From an uncultured Myxococcales bacterium (GTDB lineage: Bacteria; Myxococcota_A; Polyangia; GCA-2747355; CAZCFB01): DNA of 64,000 nucleotides. The position numbers were made by a program, and so were the translations under genes. The notes under the pieces were generated by a model. That model made no database searches. It was not told the origin of the DNA and saw nothing but the letters and a program-made list of their open reading frames with translations. Below are positions 39,816 to 53,402 of this stretch, one piece after another. The first letter of the stretch is position 1. The number at the start of each line of letters is the position of its first letter. The DNA lies in contig CAZEFW010000002.1 of the NCBI GenBank assembly GCA_964511535.1, positions 818-64,817 on the forward strand, given 5' to 3'.

Positions 39816-40394
39816 TTATCGGTTGAGGCGATGGAGGTCTTCGGGGCGGTCGAGGTCGTCTTCGGCGCCGTCGTGGTCCAGGGGGAGCTCGAGCAGGTCA
39901 GCCTCGCGGCGGCGCACCAGCTGGCGCAGGCCCACGTCGTCGTCGCAGGCGGCGGCCTCGGCGAACAGGTCGGCGCGGATGAACAGGGGGTGGCCCCGGC
40001 GCTCGCCGTAGCGCGGGGCCAGCAGGGCAGGGCGGTCCTGGCGAAAGCGCGCGGCCAGGGCGGCCACGGCGGCCGCGGGCACGAAGGGGTGGTCCCCGGG
40101 CAGCAGCCCCGCCGCGTCCACCCCGGCGGGCAGGGCGGCCAGGCCCTCGCGGATGGAGGAGAGCATGCCGCGCTCTGGCGCCGGGTTCACCGCCAGGATG
40201 GCGCGCGCGAGCCCGGGCAGCGCCTGGCAGGGGGAGTCCGGCTCCAGCACCACCACCACCGGATCGAGGCCGCCGTCCAGCAGCGATGCCACGGTCACCT
40301 CCAGCAGCGCGCGGCCGCGAAAGGGGAGCCGCCGCTTGTCCTGTCCCATGCGCCGCGAGGCGCCGGCGGCGGGGACCAGGCCGGCAAGGATCAC
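39816..40394 (-). CDS. MobA/MocA-like molybdenum cofactor nucleotidyltransferase family protein
   Basis: LAGLVPAAGASRRMGQDKRRLPF N-terminal NTP-transferase motif. Length 192 aa, as for MocA/MobA. Confidence 0.6.
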   Translation of the reverse strand: MILAGLVPAAGASRRMGQDKRRLPFRGRALLEVTVASLLDGGLDPVVVVLEPDSPCQALPGLARAILAVNPAPERGMLSSIREGLAALPAGVDAAGLLPGDHPFVPAAAVAALAARFRQDRPALLAPRYGERRGHPLFIRADLFAEAAACDDDVGLRQLVRRREADLLELPLDHDGAEDDLDRPEDLHRLNR

Positions 40395-42784
40395 CGCAGC
40401 GGGATCCCCCGCTCACCGAGGAAGGCGATGAAGCCGTCGCGGAAAGCGTCGATCTCCTCGCCGCTCAGGGTGCGCTCGCTGGAGCCGAGCCAGAAGCGGA
40501 AGGTGTAGCTCGCCTTGCCCTTGTCTGCGCCCTTGAGCCGGTACAGGTAGAGCAGCTCGCGGCGCTTGACCAGGTCGTTGGAGAACCCGTCGAGGGTGCG
40601 TTCCAGCGCGTCGTACCCCTTGCCCGCCTCCCACACCAGCGAGAAGTCATGCCACGACCCGGGGTAGGGCGAGGCCTGCACATGGGTCACGTCCGGGTAG
40701 AGCGGGCCCACCAGGGCGTCGGCGTCCAGCTCGAACCACACCACCTGCCCCTTGCGCGTCACGGTCTCCAACAGCTCGCCGGTGAGCAGGCCGAGCGCGC
40801 CCACCTGGCGGTCGCCGCGTGAGATGCTCAGCCAGCACCCCGCCTGCTGCCACGGCGTGGGCGATGCTTCACCCGGGGCGAACCGGACGTCGGCGCAGCC
40901 GAGGGCCCCGGCCAGATCCTCCAGGGCGCCCCGCACGGCGCGGAAGTGCTCCTCGGGCAACAGGTCGCGGGCGGCGCTGTAGCTCACGCCAGTCAGTCGG
41001 CTGAACTCGTCGCGCCCCTGCGCCGTCTGCCGGTAGGCGTGCCCCAGCTCGTAAAGACGGAAGCTCTCGCGGTGCACGGTGTTGGGCCGCACCATGGCCA
41101 GCAGGTTCGGCACCAGGGTGGTGCGCATGCGCGCGGTCTGGCGCGTGCTCGGGTTGCTCAGGGTGAGCGTGTCCGCGGGCTGGAAGCCCAGGGCGTCGAG
41201 CCACTCGTCATCGAACCAGCTGTAGCTGTGCACCTCGGTGAAGCCGTGGCCCTGGGACAGCATGCGCCGTGCCTTGTGCTCCCGGCGCAGCCCCTCGTCG
41301 AGCCGGACCGGCTCGGTGGGCGTCTCGGGCATGCGCGGCGTGACGTTATCGTAGCCGTAGACCCGCAGCACCTCCTCCACGATGTCCTCCGGGATGGAGA
41401 TGTCCTGCTCGCTGCGGTGTGGCGGGATGCCGAGCTTCAGCTCGTCCTGCTCGGCGCCCGGCTCCACCGCGAACTCCAGGCTGCTCAGGATGCCCTCCAC
41501 CGTCTCGCGCGGCAGCGTCATGCCCGCCTTGCGCTGGATGAAGGCGCGGCTCACCGACAGCGGCCGCAGGCGGTCCTTCAGGTCGCCCTCCACCGAGAAG
41601 CGGGAGCTGACCTGGGGCTGGAAGCCCGCCTCTTGCATCAGCTGCAAGAAGCGGCTCGACGCGCGCCGGGCGTTGACAGGCGGCTGGTTCTTCTCGAACC
41701 GCAGGCTCGCCTCGGAGCGCAGCCCCAGGCGCACCGACGTGCGCCGGATGGCCGAGCCCTTGAAGTTGGCGCTCTCCAGCAGCAGCCGGGTGGTCTGGGG
41801 GGTCACCTCGGTGTCGAGCCCGCCCATGACGCCGGCGATGGCCACGGGCTCGCGCTCGTTCCAGATCATCAGATCCGAGGCGAGCATCTGGCGCTCGTGA
41901 CCGTCCAGGGTGGTGAAGGTGCTCGACTCGCCCATGGCGGCCACGCGCACGGCCTTCAGCTTGTCGCCGTCGAAGGCGTGGGTCGGCTGGCCCAGCTCCA
42001 TCATGATGTAGTTGGTCAGATCCACCAGCAGGCTGTAGGAGCGCTGGCCCAGGCCGTGCAACCGCGCCTGCATCAGCAGGGTGGCGGGCAGGTCGCCCGG
42101 GGCGGCCAGCTCGATGCAGCTGTAGCAGGGGCACCCCTCCAGGTCGTCGATGGCCACCGGGTAGGCCGGCAGCGCGTCGAAGGCGGTCAGGTCGGTCACC
42201 TGCAGCGGCCGCAGCTCGCGGTCGTACAGGGCGGCCAGCTCCCGCGCGAAGCCGTAGTGTCCCCACAGATCGGGCCGATGGGTCAGGCTCTTGTTGTCCA
42301 CCTCGAGGACGATGTCCCGCGCCGGGATCAGGTCGCTCAGCGCGGCGCCCGTCTCCAGGGACGCGGGCAGCTCCAGCAGGGTCTCGTGGAACTCGCTCAG
42401 CTGGAGCTCGGCGGCGGAGCAGAGCACCCCCTCGCTGCGATGCCCGGCCAGCTCCCGGGACTCCAGGGTGACGCCGCCCGCCAGGGTGGTGCCCGCGGGG
42501 GCGAAGGGCGCCTTGAGGCCCACGCGCACGTTGGGCGCGCCGCACACGGTGGCGAAGGTCTGGCCGCCGCACGTCACCGTGCAACGGTGAAGGGGCTTGT
42601 CCGGATCATCGCCGATCGGTTCGGCCTCCAGCACCTCGCCCACCATCACGCCCGCGATGGCGCGCTCCAGCACCTCCACCTCTTCCACCTCGGCGGTGCC
42701 CATGGTGAGCCTCAGCGCCACCTCCTGCGGGTCGAGCCCGTCCAGGTCAACGTGATCGCCCAGCCAGTCCAGTGAGATCTTCAT
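40391..42784 (-). CDS. pheT: phenylalanine--tRNA ligase beta subunit
   Basis: MKISLDWLGDHVDLDGL N-terminus, B3/4 and B5 blocks. Start lies 16 nt after the pheS stop with a GGGGAGGTG RBS. Confidence 0.9.
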   Translation of the reverse strand: MKISLDWLGDHVDLDGLDPQEVALRLTMGTAEVEEVEVLERAIAGVMVGEVLEAEPIGDDPDKPLHRCTVTCGGQTFATVCGAPNVRVGLKAPFAPAGTTLAGGVTLESRELAGHRSEGVLCSAAELQLSEFHETLLELPASLETGAALSDLIPARDIVLEVDNKSLTHRPDLWGHYGFARELAALYDRELRPLQVTDLTAFDALPAYPVAIDDLEGCPCYSCIELAAPGDLPATLLMQARLHGLGQRSYSLLVDLTNYIMMELGQPTHAFDGDKLKAVRVAAMGESSTFTTLDGHERQMLASDLMIWNEREPVAIAGVMGGLDTEVTPQTTRLLLESANFKGSAIRRTSVRLGLRSEASLRFEKNQPPVNARRASSRFLQLMQEAGFQPQVSSRFSVEGDLKDRLRPLSVSRAFIQRKAGMTLPRETVEGILSSLEFAVEPGAEQDELKLGIPPHRSEQDISIPEDIVEEVLRVYGYDNVTPRMPETPTEPVRLDEGLRREHKARRMLSQGHGFTEVHSYSWFDDEWLDALGFQPADTLTLSNPSTRQTARMRTTLVPNLLAMVRPNTVHRESFRLYELGHAYRQTAQGRDEFSRLTGVSYSAARDLLPEEHFRAVRGALEDLAGALGCADVRFAPGEASPTPWQQAGCWLSISRGDRQVGALGLLTGELLETVTRKGQVVWFELDADALVGPLYPDVTHVQASPYPGSWHDFSLVWEAGKGYDALERTLDGFSNDLVKRRELLYLYRLKGADKGKASYTFRFWLGSSERTLSGEEIDAFRDGFIAFLGERGIPLR

Positions 42785-42800
42785 GACGACACCTCCCCGG

Positions 42801-43820
42801 TCACACGCCGGCCGGGAACTGCGAGAGGAACCGCACATCGCCGGAGTTGAGCAGCCTGATCTCCGGGATGCCGTACTTCATCATTGCCAGGCGGGTGAGC
42901 CCCAGGCCGAAGGCGAACCCGGTGTACTCCTGTGGGTCAACGCCGGCCGCCTCCAGCACCCGCGGGTGAACCAGGCCGCACGGCAGCAGCTCGATCCAGC
43001 CGGTCTTGCAGGTGGAGCACACCTCGCCGCCGCAGAGCAGGCACTGGATGTCCAGCTCGAAGCCGGGCTCCACGAAGGGGAAGTAGCCCGGGCGCAGGCG
43101 CACCGTGACCTCGCGGTGGAACACCTGCTCCAGCAGCGCCTTCATCACCGCGATGAGGTGCGCCGTGGAGATCTCCCGGTCCACCATCAACCCCTCCACC
43201 TGGTAGAAGGTGTTCTCGTGGGTGGCGTCCACGTTCTCGTAGCGGAAGCAGCGGCCCGGGAAGATGGCCCGCAGGGGGACGCCGAAGCGCTCCATGGCGC
43301 GCACCTGGTTGGGCGATGTGTGGGTGCGCAGCAGCATGCCATTGTCGAGCCAGTAGGTGTCCTGCATGTCGCGCGCGGGGTGGTCGCCCGGGATGTTCAG
43401 GGCGTCGAAGTTGTAGTGCTCCCGCTCCACCTCGGGGCCCGTGAGCGTCATGAACCCCATGCCGTTGAAGATCTGCTCCAGCTCCATCTGCACCAGGGTG
43501 ATCGGGTGCAGGCTGCCCAGGCGCTGGCTCGTGCCGGGCAGCGAGAGGTCGATGCCCCCGCCCGGCCCGGCCCCCGCGGCTGCCTTCTTGACGCGCTCGT
43601 TGGCCTCGGCCACGCGCGCCTCTGCGTCCCCCTTGAGCTGGTTGAACTGCTGGCCGAAGGCCTTGCGCTCGTCCGGGCTCATGGCGCGGAAGTCGGTCTT
43701 CTTGCGCAGGGTGGTGATTACGCCCTTTTTGCCGAGGAAGCGCACGCGCACCGCGTCCACCTCCTGGGGGGTCCCGGCGGCCTCTAGCTCCTGGATCAGC
43801 TGCTCCTGGATTTCCTTCAC
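42801..43820 (-). CDS. pheS: phenylalanine--tRNA ligase alpha subunit
   Basis: Class II aaRS motifs (FRxE, GLGxxRL). GTG start. Confidence 0.9.
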   Translation of the reverse strand: MKEIQEQLIQELEAAGTPQEVDAVRVRFLGKKGVITTLRKKTDFRAMSPDERKAFGQQFNQLKGDAEARVAEANERVKKAAAGAGPGGGIDLSLPGTSQRLGSLHPITLVQMELEQIFNGMGFMTLTGPEVEREHYNFDALNIPGDHPARDMQDTYWLDNGMLLRTHTSPNQVRAMERFGVPLRAIFPGRCFRYENVDATHENTFYQVEGLMVDREISTAHLIAVMKALLEQVFHREVTVRLRPGYFPFVEPGFELDIQCLLCGGEVCSTCKTGWIELLPCGLVHPRVLEAAGVDPQEYTGFAFGLGLTRLAMMKYGIPEIRLLNSGDVRFLSQFPAGV

Positions 43821-43912
43821 GTTTCACCTCTGCGTGGAGTCGCCTCTTCTATACGTGGGCATACAGAGCCGGTCAACAGGAGGCCTCTAAATGCCCGCGC
43901 TGGGCGATGCCC

Positions 43913-46735
<2,823 letters not shown>

Positions 46736-46862
46736 CAGGAACCTTCACCAAAGGTGGACGCATACTAGCACTTATTGGGCGCGATGGTCCCCCACGGGGA
46801 CCGATTCACCGGGCCAAAATGCGTGTTACCCTAACTCCTTTGTCAACGGCTAGGGAGCGAAC

Positions 46863-47711
46863 ATGGCCACCTTCCAGTACGAGAGAGCCCGGTCCAGCGC
46901 GGAGCTGGTACAGCGGCTGGCTCAGGGCATACCCGGGGAGACATTTCTGCTCGCCGGCGGGACCGATCTGCTGACCCAGATCAGGTCTCGCCTGGTGCGG
47001 CCCGGGGTCGTGCTCGACATTAAAGGGATCGAGGCGTTCCGGCAGCTGGAGGCCAACAGCGAGCGGCTCACCGTGGGCGCCGCGGTGAGCTTCAACGAGC
47101 TGCTGGAGGCAGGAGAGCGCCTGGGGGACTGGGCGGCGCTCCTGCAGGCCGCGGGGCAGGTGGCGTCATATCCGATCCGCAACCGGGCCACGGTGGGGGG
47201 CAACATGGCCAACGCCTCCCCCTGCGCCGACAGCGTGCCGCCGCTGAACGTGCTCGGGGCAGAGGTGGTGCTGCTGGGCCCCGGAGGTGAGCGCAGGCTG
47301 CCGGTGGGCGAGTTCATCGTGGGTAACCGCGAGACCCGGCGAGAGCCGGACGAGGTGCTGGCGCGGCTGGAGGTGCCACGCCCGGGCGATGGTGCCTGGA
47401 GCGGCTTCCTCAAGCGCAAGCGGGTGCGCGGGCATGACCTGGCCCTGGCCAGCGCGGCGTTGCTGTGGGATGGGGCGGGCGGGCGGCTCCGGCTCAGCGT
47501 GGGCTCCTGCACGCCGATCCCCACCCACATCGTCCTGGACGACATGTGCGGCGGCGCGCCGGACGTGGACGCGGCCGTGGCGCGCGCCATGGAGGTGATC
47601 AACCCCATCGACGATGTGCGGGCGTCCATTACCTACAGGCGGGAGATGGTGGCCGTGATGGTGCGCAGGCTGTTCGCCCGGCGCGCCGATGAGCGCGGGG
47701 AGAGGTGCTGA
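46863..47711 (+). CDS. molybdopterin dehydrogenase FAD-binding subunit (CoxM/XdhB-like)
   Basis: FLLAGGTDLL FAD motif; 282 aa. Confidence 0.8.
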   Translation: MATFQYERARSSAELVQRLAQGIPGETFLLAGGTDLLTQIRSRLVRPGVVLDIKGIEAFRQLEANSERLTVGAAVSFNELLEAGERLGDWAALLQAAGQVASYPIRNRATVGGNMANASPCADSVPPLNVLGAEVVLLGPGGERRLPVGEFIVGNRETRREPDEVLARLEVPRPGDGAWSGFLKRKRVRGHDLALASAALLWDGAGGRLRLSVGSCTPIPTHIVLDDMCGGAPDVDAAVARAMEVINPIDDVRASITYRREMVAVMVRRLFARRADERGERC

Positions 47712-47712
47712 C

Positions 47713-48201
47713 ATGCCCGAGACGACCATCAAGGTGACCATCAACGGGCTCGAGTGGGGAGGGGCGGTGCCCGCGGAGATGACCCTGCTCCGGTTCCTCC
47801 GGCAAGCGCTGGCGCTCACCGGCACCAAGGAGGGCTGCGGCGTGGGCGAGTGCGGCGCGTGCACGGTGCTGCTGGACGGCCGGGCGGTCAACTCTTGCCT
47901 GGTGCTGGCGGTGGAGGCGGACGGCGCGGACCTGCGCACCGTCGAGGGCGAGGCGCGAGACGGCCAGCTGTCAGCCTTGCAGCGGGCGCTGGTGGAGAAC
48001 CACGCCATCCAGTGCGGCTTCTGCACGCCGGGCATGGTGATGAGCGCCCGGGGGCTTTTGCAGCGGAAACCCGAGCCCACCGAGGAGGAGATCCTCGAGG
48101 CGGTGGGCGGCAACCTGTGCCGCTGCACCGGCTATGTGGCCATCCTCGCCGCGGTGAAGCAAGCCGCCGCCGAGGAGCGCGGCCAGGGAGGTGAGGCATG
48201 A
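47713..48201 (+). CDS. (2Fe-2S)-binding small subunit (CoxS-like)
   Basis: CGVGECGACTV, CGFCTPGM, CRCTGY. Confidence 0.85.
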   Translation: MPETTIKVTINGLEWGGAVPAEMTLLRFLRQALALTGTKEGCGVGECGACTVLLDGRAVNSCLVLAVEADGADLRTVEGEARDGQLSALQRALVENHAIQCGFCTPGMVMSARGLLQRKPEPTEEEILEAVGGNLCRCTGYVAILAAVKQAAAEERGQGGEA

Positions 48202-50585
48202 AGGCCCCCCCGAGCAAGCACGAGACCCCGATGCACCAGTACGTGGGCGGCGCCCACCCGCGCCCCGACGCGTACGACAAGGTCACCGGCGAGGCGACCT
48301 ACACCCACGACATGGCGCTGCCAGGCATGCTCTGGGCGCGGATCAAGATCAGCCCCCACGCCGCGGCGAAGATCGTCTCGGTGGACACGAGCCAGGCGCA
48401 GGCGGTGCCCGGGGTGCGCGCCATCCTGCTGGGCGACGAGATGGACCAGCGCCTCGGGCTGTACATGGCGGACAAGCGGGTGCTGGCCCGGGGCAGCGTT
48501 CGCTACCAGGGCGAGCCGGTGGCGGCCGTGGCCGCGGACACCGAGGAGGCCGCCGCGGAGGCGTGCGACCTGATCGAGGTGAAGTACGAGCTGGCGCCCG
48601 CGGTGCTCGACGTGGACCAGGCGCTGGCCGACGGCGCCCCGCTGGTGCACCCGGACCTGGGCAGCTACTCCCACATGAAGGGCGTGTTCTTCCCCCAGGC
48701 CGGCACCAACATCGCCCACTGGCAGAAGATATACCGCGGCGACACCGAGCAGGGCTTCGCCGAGGCGGACCATGTGTTCGAGCACCAGTTCCAGAACCCG
48801 CCGGTGCAGCACGCGCCCCTGGAGACCCACGCGGTCATCGCCAGGGCCCTGAGCCGGGACCGGATGGAGATCATCTCCTCGGCTCAGTCGCCGTTCACCG
48901 TGCGCAACATCCTGGCCCACTCCTTCGGGCTGCCCCACAACAACATCCGGGTGAAGATCCCTTACGTGGGGGGCGGCTTCGGCGGCAAGGCGGGCATCCA
49001 CCAGGAGCCCATCGCGTACCTGCTGTCCAGGAAGGTCGGGGGCCGGCCGGTGAAGCTCGTGGCCACGCGGGAGGAGGACTTCAACACGCTGCCGTCGCGG
49101 CAGGGGCTCAAGAGCAGCTTCAAGACCGGCATCAAGGCCGACGGCACCATCACCGCGCTGAAGGTGCGGTACCTGTGGGACGCCGGCGCCTGCGCTGACT
49201 ACGGCGTGAACATCGGCCGCGCTGCCGCCACCGCCGGGGCAGGGCCGTACCGGGTGCCCAACGTCAAGGTGGACAGCCTGGTGGTCTATACCCACAAGGT
49301 GTTCGGCACCGCCTTCCGCGGCTTCGGCCACCTGGAGGTGATGTGGGGCGTGGAGCGCAACATGGACATGATGGCCCACGCCCTGGGGTTCGATCCGCTG
49401 GAGCTGCGGCGCAAGAACCTGCTGTCGCCGGGGGACCGCACCATCACCGGCGAGCTGTTCACCGAGAACCACGGCCGGCCGGACCTGTGCCTGCAGAAGG
49501 TGGCCGACGAGATCGGCTGGGACGAGCGGCCGAGGGAGGGGCACCCGCCAGCGGCGGCGCCGCGGCAGGGCAAGGTGCGCGGCTACGGGCTGGCCACCCT
49601 GCACAAGGCGCCGGCCATGCCGGTGTTCACGTCATGCTCGGCCATCATCAAGTTCAACGAGGACGCGTCGGTCAACGTGCTCATCAGCGGGGTGGACTAC
49701 GGTCAGGGGACCTACACCGCCCTGGCGGGCATCGCGGCGCAGGAGCTGTCGATCCCGGTGGACAAGGTGCAGGTGACCTACGACTGCGACACGGCGAGCC
49801 AGCCCTACGACTGGCAGACCGTGGCCAGCCGGTTCGCCTTCATGGGCGGCAACGCGGTCATCGACGCGGCGGGCGACTGTCTGCGGCAGCTGAAGGAGGT
49901 GGCAGGCCGGGTCCTCAATGCGCTGCCAGACGATATCGTCTGCCGTGACTCGGAGTGCTTCGTGCGGCACAACCCGGACCGCCGCGTGACATACCAGCAG
50001 CTGGTGATCGGGTACACCTTCCCCGACGGCAACAGCGTGGGCGGGCCCATCAACGGGCGGGGGAAATATATCGCCCAGGGGCTGACCCACCTGGACCCGA
50101 AGACGGGGCAGGGCAAGGCGGCCATCAACTGGACCTACGGCGCCCACGGGGTGGTGGTGGAGGTGGACACCGAGACCGGCGATGTGGAGGTGCTCAAGAT
50201 CGCGTCCTGCTTCGACGCGGGCAAGGTGCTGCACGAGGGGATGGCCAGGGGGCAGATCCACGGCGGGGTGATCCAGGGCATCGGCTCGGCGCTGATGGAG
50301 GGGTTCAAGTTCGACGAGCGGGGCGTGTTCCTCAACGCCGGGCTGGTGGACTACAAGATCCCCACCGCCCACGACCTGCCGCGCGAGGCGAGCCAGCACT
50401 TCGTCGAGACGCCCCAGCTCGACGGGCCATACGGCGCCCGCGGCATCGGCGAGCACCCGATGATCAGCGTGCCGAGCGCCATCGGCAACGCGCTCTTCGA
50501 CGCGCTGGGCGTGCAGGTGACCGAGCTGCCCATGACGCCGGAGGCGGTGTTCCTGGCCATCAGGGGAGAGGGCGGAGAGCAATAG
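48198..50585 (+). CDS. molybdopterin-binding large subunit of xanthine dehydrogenase/aldehyde oxidase family (CoxL-like)
   Basis: 795 aa. GGGFGGK and the C-terminal Mo-cofactor binding blocks. Start overlaps the coxS stop. Confidence 0.85.
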   Translation: MKAPPSKHETPMHQYVGGAHPRPDAYDKVTGEATYTHDMALPGMLWARIKISPHAAAKIVSVDTSQAQAVPGVRAILLGDEMDQRLGLYMADKRVLARGSVRYQGEPVAAVAADTEEAAAEACDLIEVKYELAPAVLDVDQALADGAPLVHPDLGSYSHMKGVFFPQAGTNIAHWQKIYRGDTEQGFAEADHVFEHQFQNPPVQHAPLETHAVIARALSRDRMEIISSAQSPFTVRNILAHSFGLPHNNIRVKIPYVGGGFGGKAGIHQEPIAYLLSRKVGGRPVKLVATREEDFNTLPSRQGLKSSFKTGIKADGTITALKVRYLWDAGACADYGVNIGRAAATAGAGPYRVPNVKVDSLVVYTHKVFGTAFRGFGHLEVMWGVERNMDMMAHALGFDPLELRRKNLLSPGDRTITGELFTENHGRPDLCLQKVADEIGWDERPREGHPPAAAPRQGKVRGYGLATLHKAPAMPVFTSCSAIIKFNEDASVNVLISGVDYGQGTYTALAGIAAQELSIPVDKVQVTYDCDTASQPYDWQTVASRFAFMGGNAVIDAAGDCLRQLKEVAGRVLNALPDDIVCRDSECFVRHNPDRRVTYQQLVIGYTFPDGNSVGGPINGRGKYIAQGLTHLDPKTGQGKAAINWTYGAHGVVVEVDTETGDVEVLKIASCFDAGKVLHEGMARGQIHGGVIQGIGSALMEGFKFDERGVFLNAGLVDYKIPTAHDLPREASQHFVETPQLDGPYGARGIGEHPMISVPSAIGNALFDALGVQVTELPMTPEAVFLAIRGEGGEQ

Positions 50586-50615
50586 CCGGGCGACGTGCGC
50601 CTGCCAAGGTCGGCC

Positions 50616-52739
50616 TCAACGGGCGGCGCTGCCGCCTCGCCCGCGCAGCAGCTCCAGGGCCACCGGCGCCACGGACTCCCCGATCAGGGTGTGGGTCAGG
50701 GCGCTGGGATGGATGGTGTCGTAGAAGTATCGATAGCCGAGCTGCTTGCCCGCCGCGTGGCGCCGCAGCGCCGTGACGGGGTCCACCACGGGGACACCGA
50801 GCCGTGGACCCAGCTGCAGCAGCGTCTCTCGCATTGACCTTGGGAAGCAGCCCGTACTGGCGACGGTGCTCCCGAGCGCGGCGTCCTCACCGCAGATCTG
50901 CTCGTTCTGCCCCTGCAGCACCAGGATCACCCGGACGCCCTCGCGCCGGGCCAGCGCCGCGGCCCTGGACAGGTTCTCCTCGAAGCTGAGGGTGGCGAGC
51001 TGCAGGTGCTGCGGGCGCCCGCCCTGATTGTCAGCCGATTCCATCGGGTCCCCGGCGCGGAGCAGTCTCGCGTTCACTGACCCCAGGTGCCGGTAGACCA
51101 GCCGGACCACCCGCCACCGCTCCAGCAAAAAGCGCGTGCGCAAGGATTTGGGAGACCAGCGGGCCAGCTTGAGCATCCTGCCGTCGTCCACGTGATCGTT
51201 GTAGCCAAGCATATACACCAGCAGGTCGGGCTTGTAAGCGAGGACCTCCCTCGTCCAGTTGAAGACAAAGTCCGAGGTCGCGCCCACGTATCCGCCGTTG
51301 ATCACCTCGACCTGACGGGCGGGCAGGGCGGCAGCCAGCCGCCGCTGCATGACCCGGGGCCAGATCTCCTCGTCGGTGTAGCCCAGGCCGAAGACGCTCG
51401 ACCCGCCGAAGGTGAACACGCGCAGGGCGCCGTTTGGCTTGCCCGGGCGGAACGCCTCGACCCGCTGGCTCCCTGTAACGCTGCGGTTGCGCAGCTCGTC
51501 GACCTTGCCGCCGCCTGGCCAGCTCACCAGCAGCTGCCGTTCGACGTCAAGCGTGGCCCGCGTCCGCCGCAGGGGCTGCACGCCCGCCAGCGCCAGCACC
51601 CCCTCCGCCACGGGGAGCAGGAGCAGCACTGGGAGGAACATCGCTGCCAGCCGCCAGGACCAGCGGCGCCACCCTCCTCCCTTGCGCGCGAGCAGGGCCA
51701 TACCCGCAAGCAGGATGACCGCCACGCCCAGCAGGGCAGCGCACATGGCCACCACCGGATCAGGTGCAGGCCGCCCGGCTTGCACCGCGAGCGGGCTCTC
51801 TTTCATCGGGGAGACCGCGTCCACGGCAGGGGGACCCTCCAGCGCCAGCGGATGGAACAGGCCGTACTCCGGCATGATGTCTCGCGACGGCAGCGACCCG
51901 ATCAACGACGCAAGGCGCGCGCTGCCCGCGGCCGTGATGGTGGGGCCCGAGGAGCGCAGCACCTTCCTCACGCGCTCGAGGGTCGACGGTACCAGCTCCA
52001 GCCGCCTGGCAAGGCTGGCAGCGGCCCTGGCCGTCTCCTCGCCCCCGTGCGCCACGAGAGCGCCCAGCAGCAGGTGCACCTGCCGATCAAGGAACCGAAA
52101 AATCTCGTTGCCGGAATCGCTGCGCAGGGTGTTGAGGCCGAGGTCACCCAGGGCCAGCGTCTCTGCAATCCACCCTCGCTGCTGGATCTTCAGCAGCGCG
52201 TGCAACCAGCCCCGCAGCGCGGCGGGCACCGTCGGCAAGGGCTCACCGGCGGTGTCCTTACAGCTGGTCTGGATCATCTGCCAGATGGTGGCCGTCGTAT
52301 CCGGCCCGCCCGGGCCGACGAGAGACACCCAGCGCCGGGCCGGCGGGAAGGCGCTGATCCCGCGCAGCAGCCGCTCGAAGATGTCAGGGTGGTAGGCGAT
52401 GCGGCCGGTCTTGCTGGCGAGGAACGCCTCGAACATCAGCGGCAAGAGGCGAGGATCCTGCCTGGCCGCGCAGATCCGGGCTGCGGCCACCTGGGCTGCG
52501 ATGGGCGCCTTGGGGGTGAACAGCCGCGAGAGCTGCCTGGCCGGCAGCGGCGTGGCTGGCCGAGACAGCTGCTCGATGATCCGGGCCGTGCGCTGGATGC
52601 TCGGGCCGTCCCGCAGCTCGTCCACCAGCGCCGCCGGGCCTGGATCTGCAGCGCCCCGCGCGGGGTGCAGGAGGGAGAGTCCGAGGCAGAGCAGCAGGAT
52701 GCCACGCGCCCCGCACTTCTGTGCACACCTCCCGGACAT
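50616..52739 (-). CDS. signal-peptide protein with HEAT-like N-domain, TM segments and C-terminal SGNH/GDSL-type hydrolase domain
   Basis: Signal MSGRCAQKCGARGILLLCLGLSLL. C-terminal blocks FTFGGSSVFG, MLGYNDH, DTIHPS. Confidence 0.5.
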   Translation of the reverse strand: MSGRCAQKCGARGILLLCLGLSLLHPARGAADPGPAALVDELRDGPSIQRTARIIEQLSRPATPLPARQLSRLFTPKAPIAAQVAAARICAARQDPRLLPLMFEAFLASKTGRIAYHPDIFERLLRGISAFPPARRWVSLVGPGGPDTTATIWQMIQTSCKDTAGEPLPTVPAALRGWLHALLKIQQRGWIAETLALGDLGLNTLRSDSGNEIFRFLDRQVHLLLGALVAHGGEETARAAASLARRLELVPSTLERVRKVLRSSGPTITAAGSARLASLIGSLPSRDIMPEYGLFHPLALEGPPAVDAVSPMKESPLAVQAGRPAPDPVVAMCAALLGVAVILLAGMALLARKGGGWRRWSWRLAAMFLPVLLLLPVAEGVLALAGVQPLRRTRATLDVERQLLVSWPGGGKVDELRNRSVTGSQRVEAFRPGKPNGALRVFTFGGSSVFGLGYTDEEIWPRVMQRRLAAALPARQVEVINGGYVGATSDFVFNWTREVLAYKPDLLVYMLGYNDHVDDGRMLKLARWSPKSLRTRFLLERWRVVRLVYRHLGSVNARLLRAGDPMESADNQGGRPQHLQLATLSFEENLSRAAALARREGVRVILVLQGQNEQICGEDAALGSTVASTGCFPRSMRETLLQLGPRLGVPVVDPVTALRRHAAGKQLGYRYFYDTIHPSALTHTLIGESVAPVALELLRGRGGSAAR

Positions 52740-52813
52740 CAGTGAGCGTCCCTCCTGGTGGTGTGGACCTCGCGTCGCGGACCTCGGCGCCTCATGCGCG
52801 CCCTGTCACGCGC

Positions 52814-53292
52814 TCAAGGCTCGACCCTGTACACCTCGTCCACGTCCACGTTGAACATCTTGCGCAGCAGCTCCTCGTCTCCCCGCGTGACCTTCAGGTC
52901 CAGCATCTCCCCCGCCTTGACCTTGATCGTGCAGGGCGCGGGCACTTCGCGGTGCCTGGCCTTGCCCACAGCGTAGCGGCAGGTCACGCCGGTCGCGTCA
53001 GTGAGCACCTGCACCGTGTGCTTCACGCCGGTCAGCTCGCTCACCGCCGCCGGTGGCGCCGGCGCGTCGCCAGCCTTGAGCCCGATAAACCCGAGCCACC
53101 CCTGGCCCCAGGCGTACCAGCCACCGCCCAGCAGGACCACCAGGATCACGATGAGCTTCAGCCCGCCACCGCCGCCCCTGCTGCTGATGTGAACCGGCTG
53201 CTTCGGGTCGAGGTTCTTGCGCAAGTCGCGGGCCGCCTGGGCCCGCCAGTCGTTGCTGTTGTCTCGCTCTCGCTCCGTCATGGACAAGAGCA
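52814..53292 (-). CDS. small single-TM membrane protein (hypothetical)
   Basis: Internal Met start chosen because the upstream part of the track ORF is G/S/P-rich junk. TM LKLIVILVVLLGGGWYAWG. Confidence 0.3.
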
Positions 53293-53402
53293 TACCGCCG
53301 CGGCCCGCCCGCGCCAATTTCAGACCCGGCCCCCGGGGCCAGCCGCCTGCTGATCCAGCCATTTGTCCCGCCGCGGCCGCTGTGGTTTCATGGGCGGCAA
53401 CA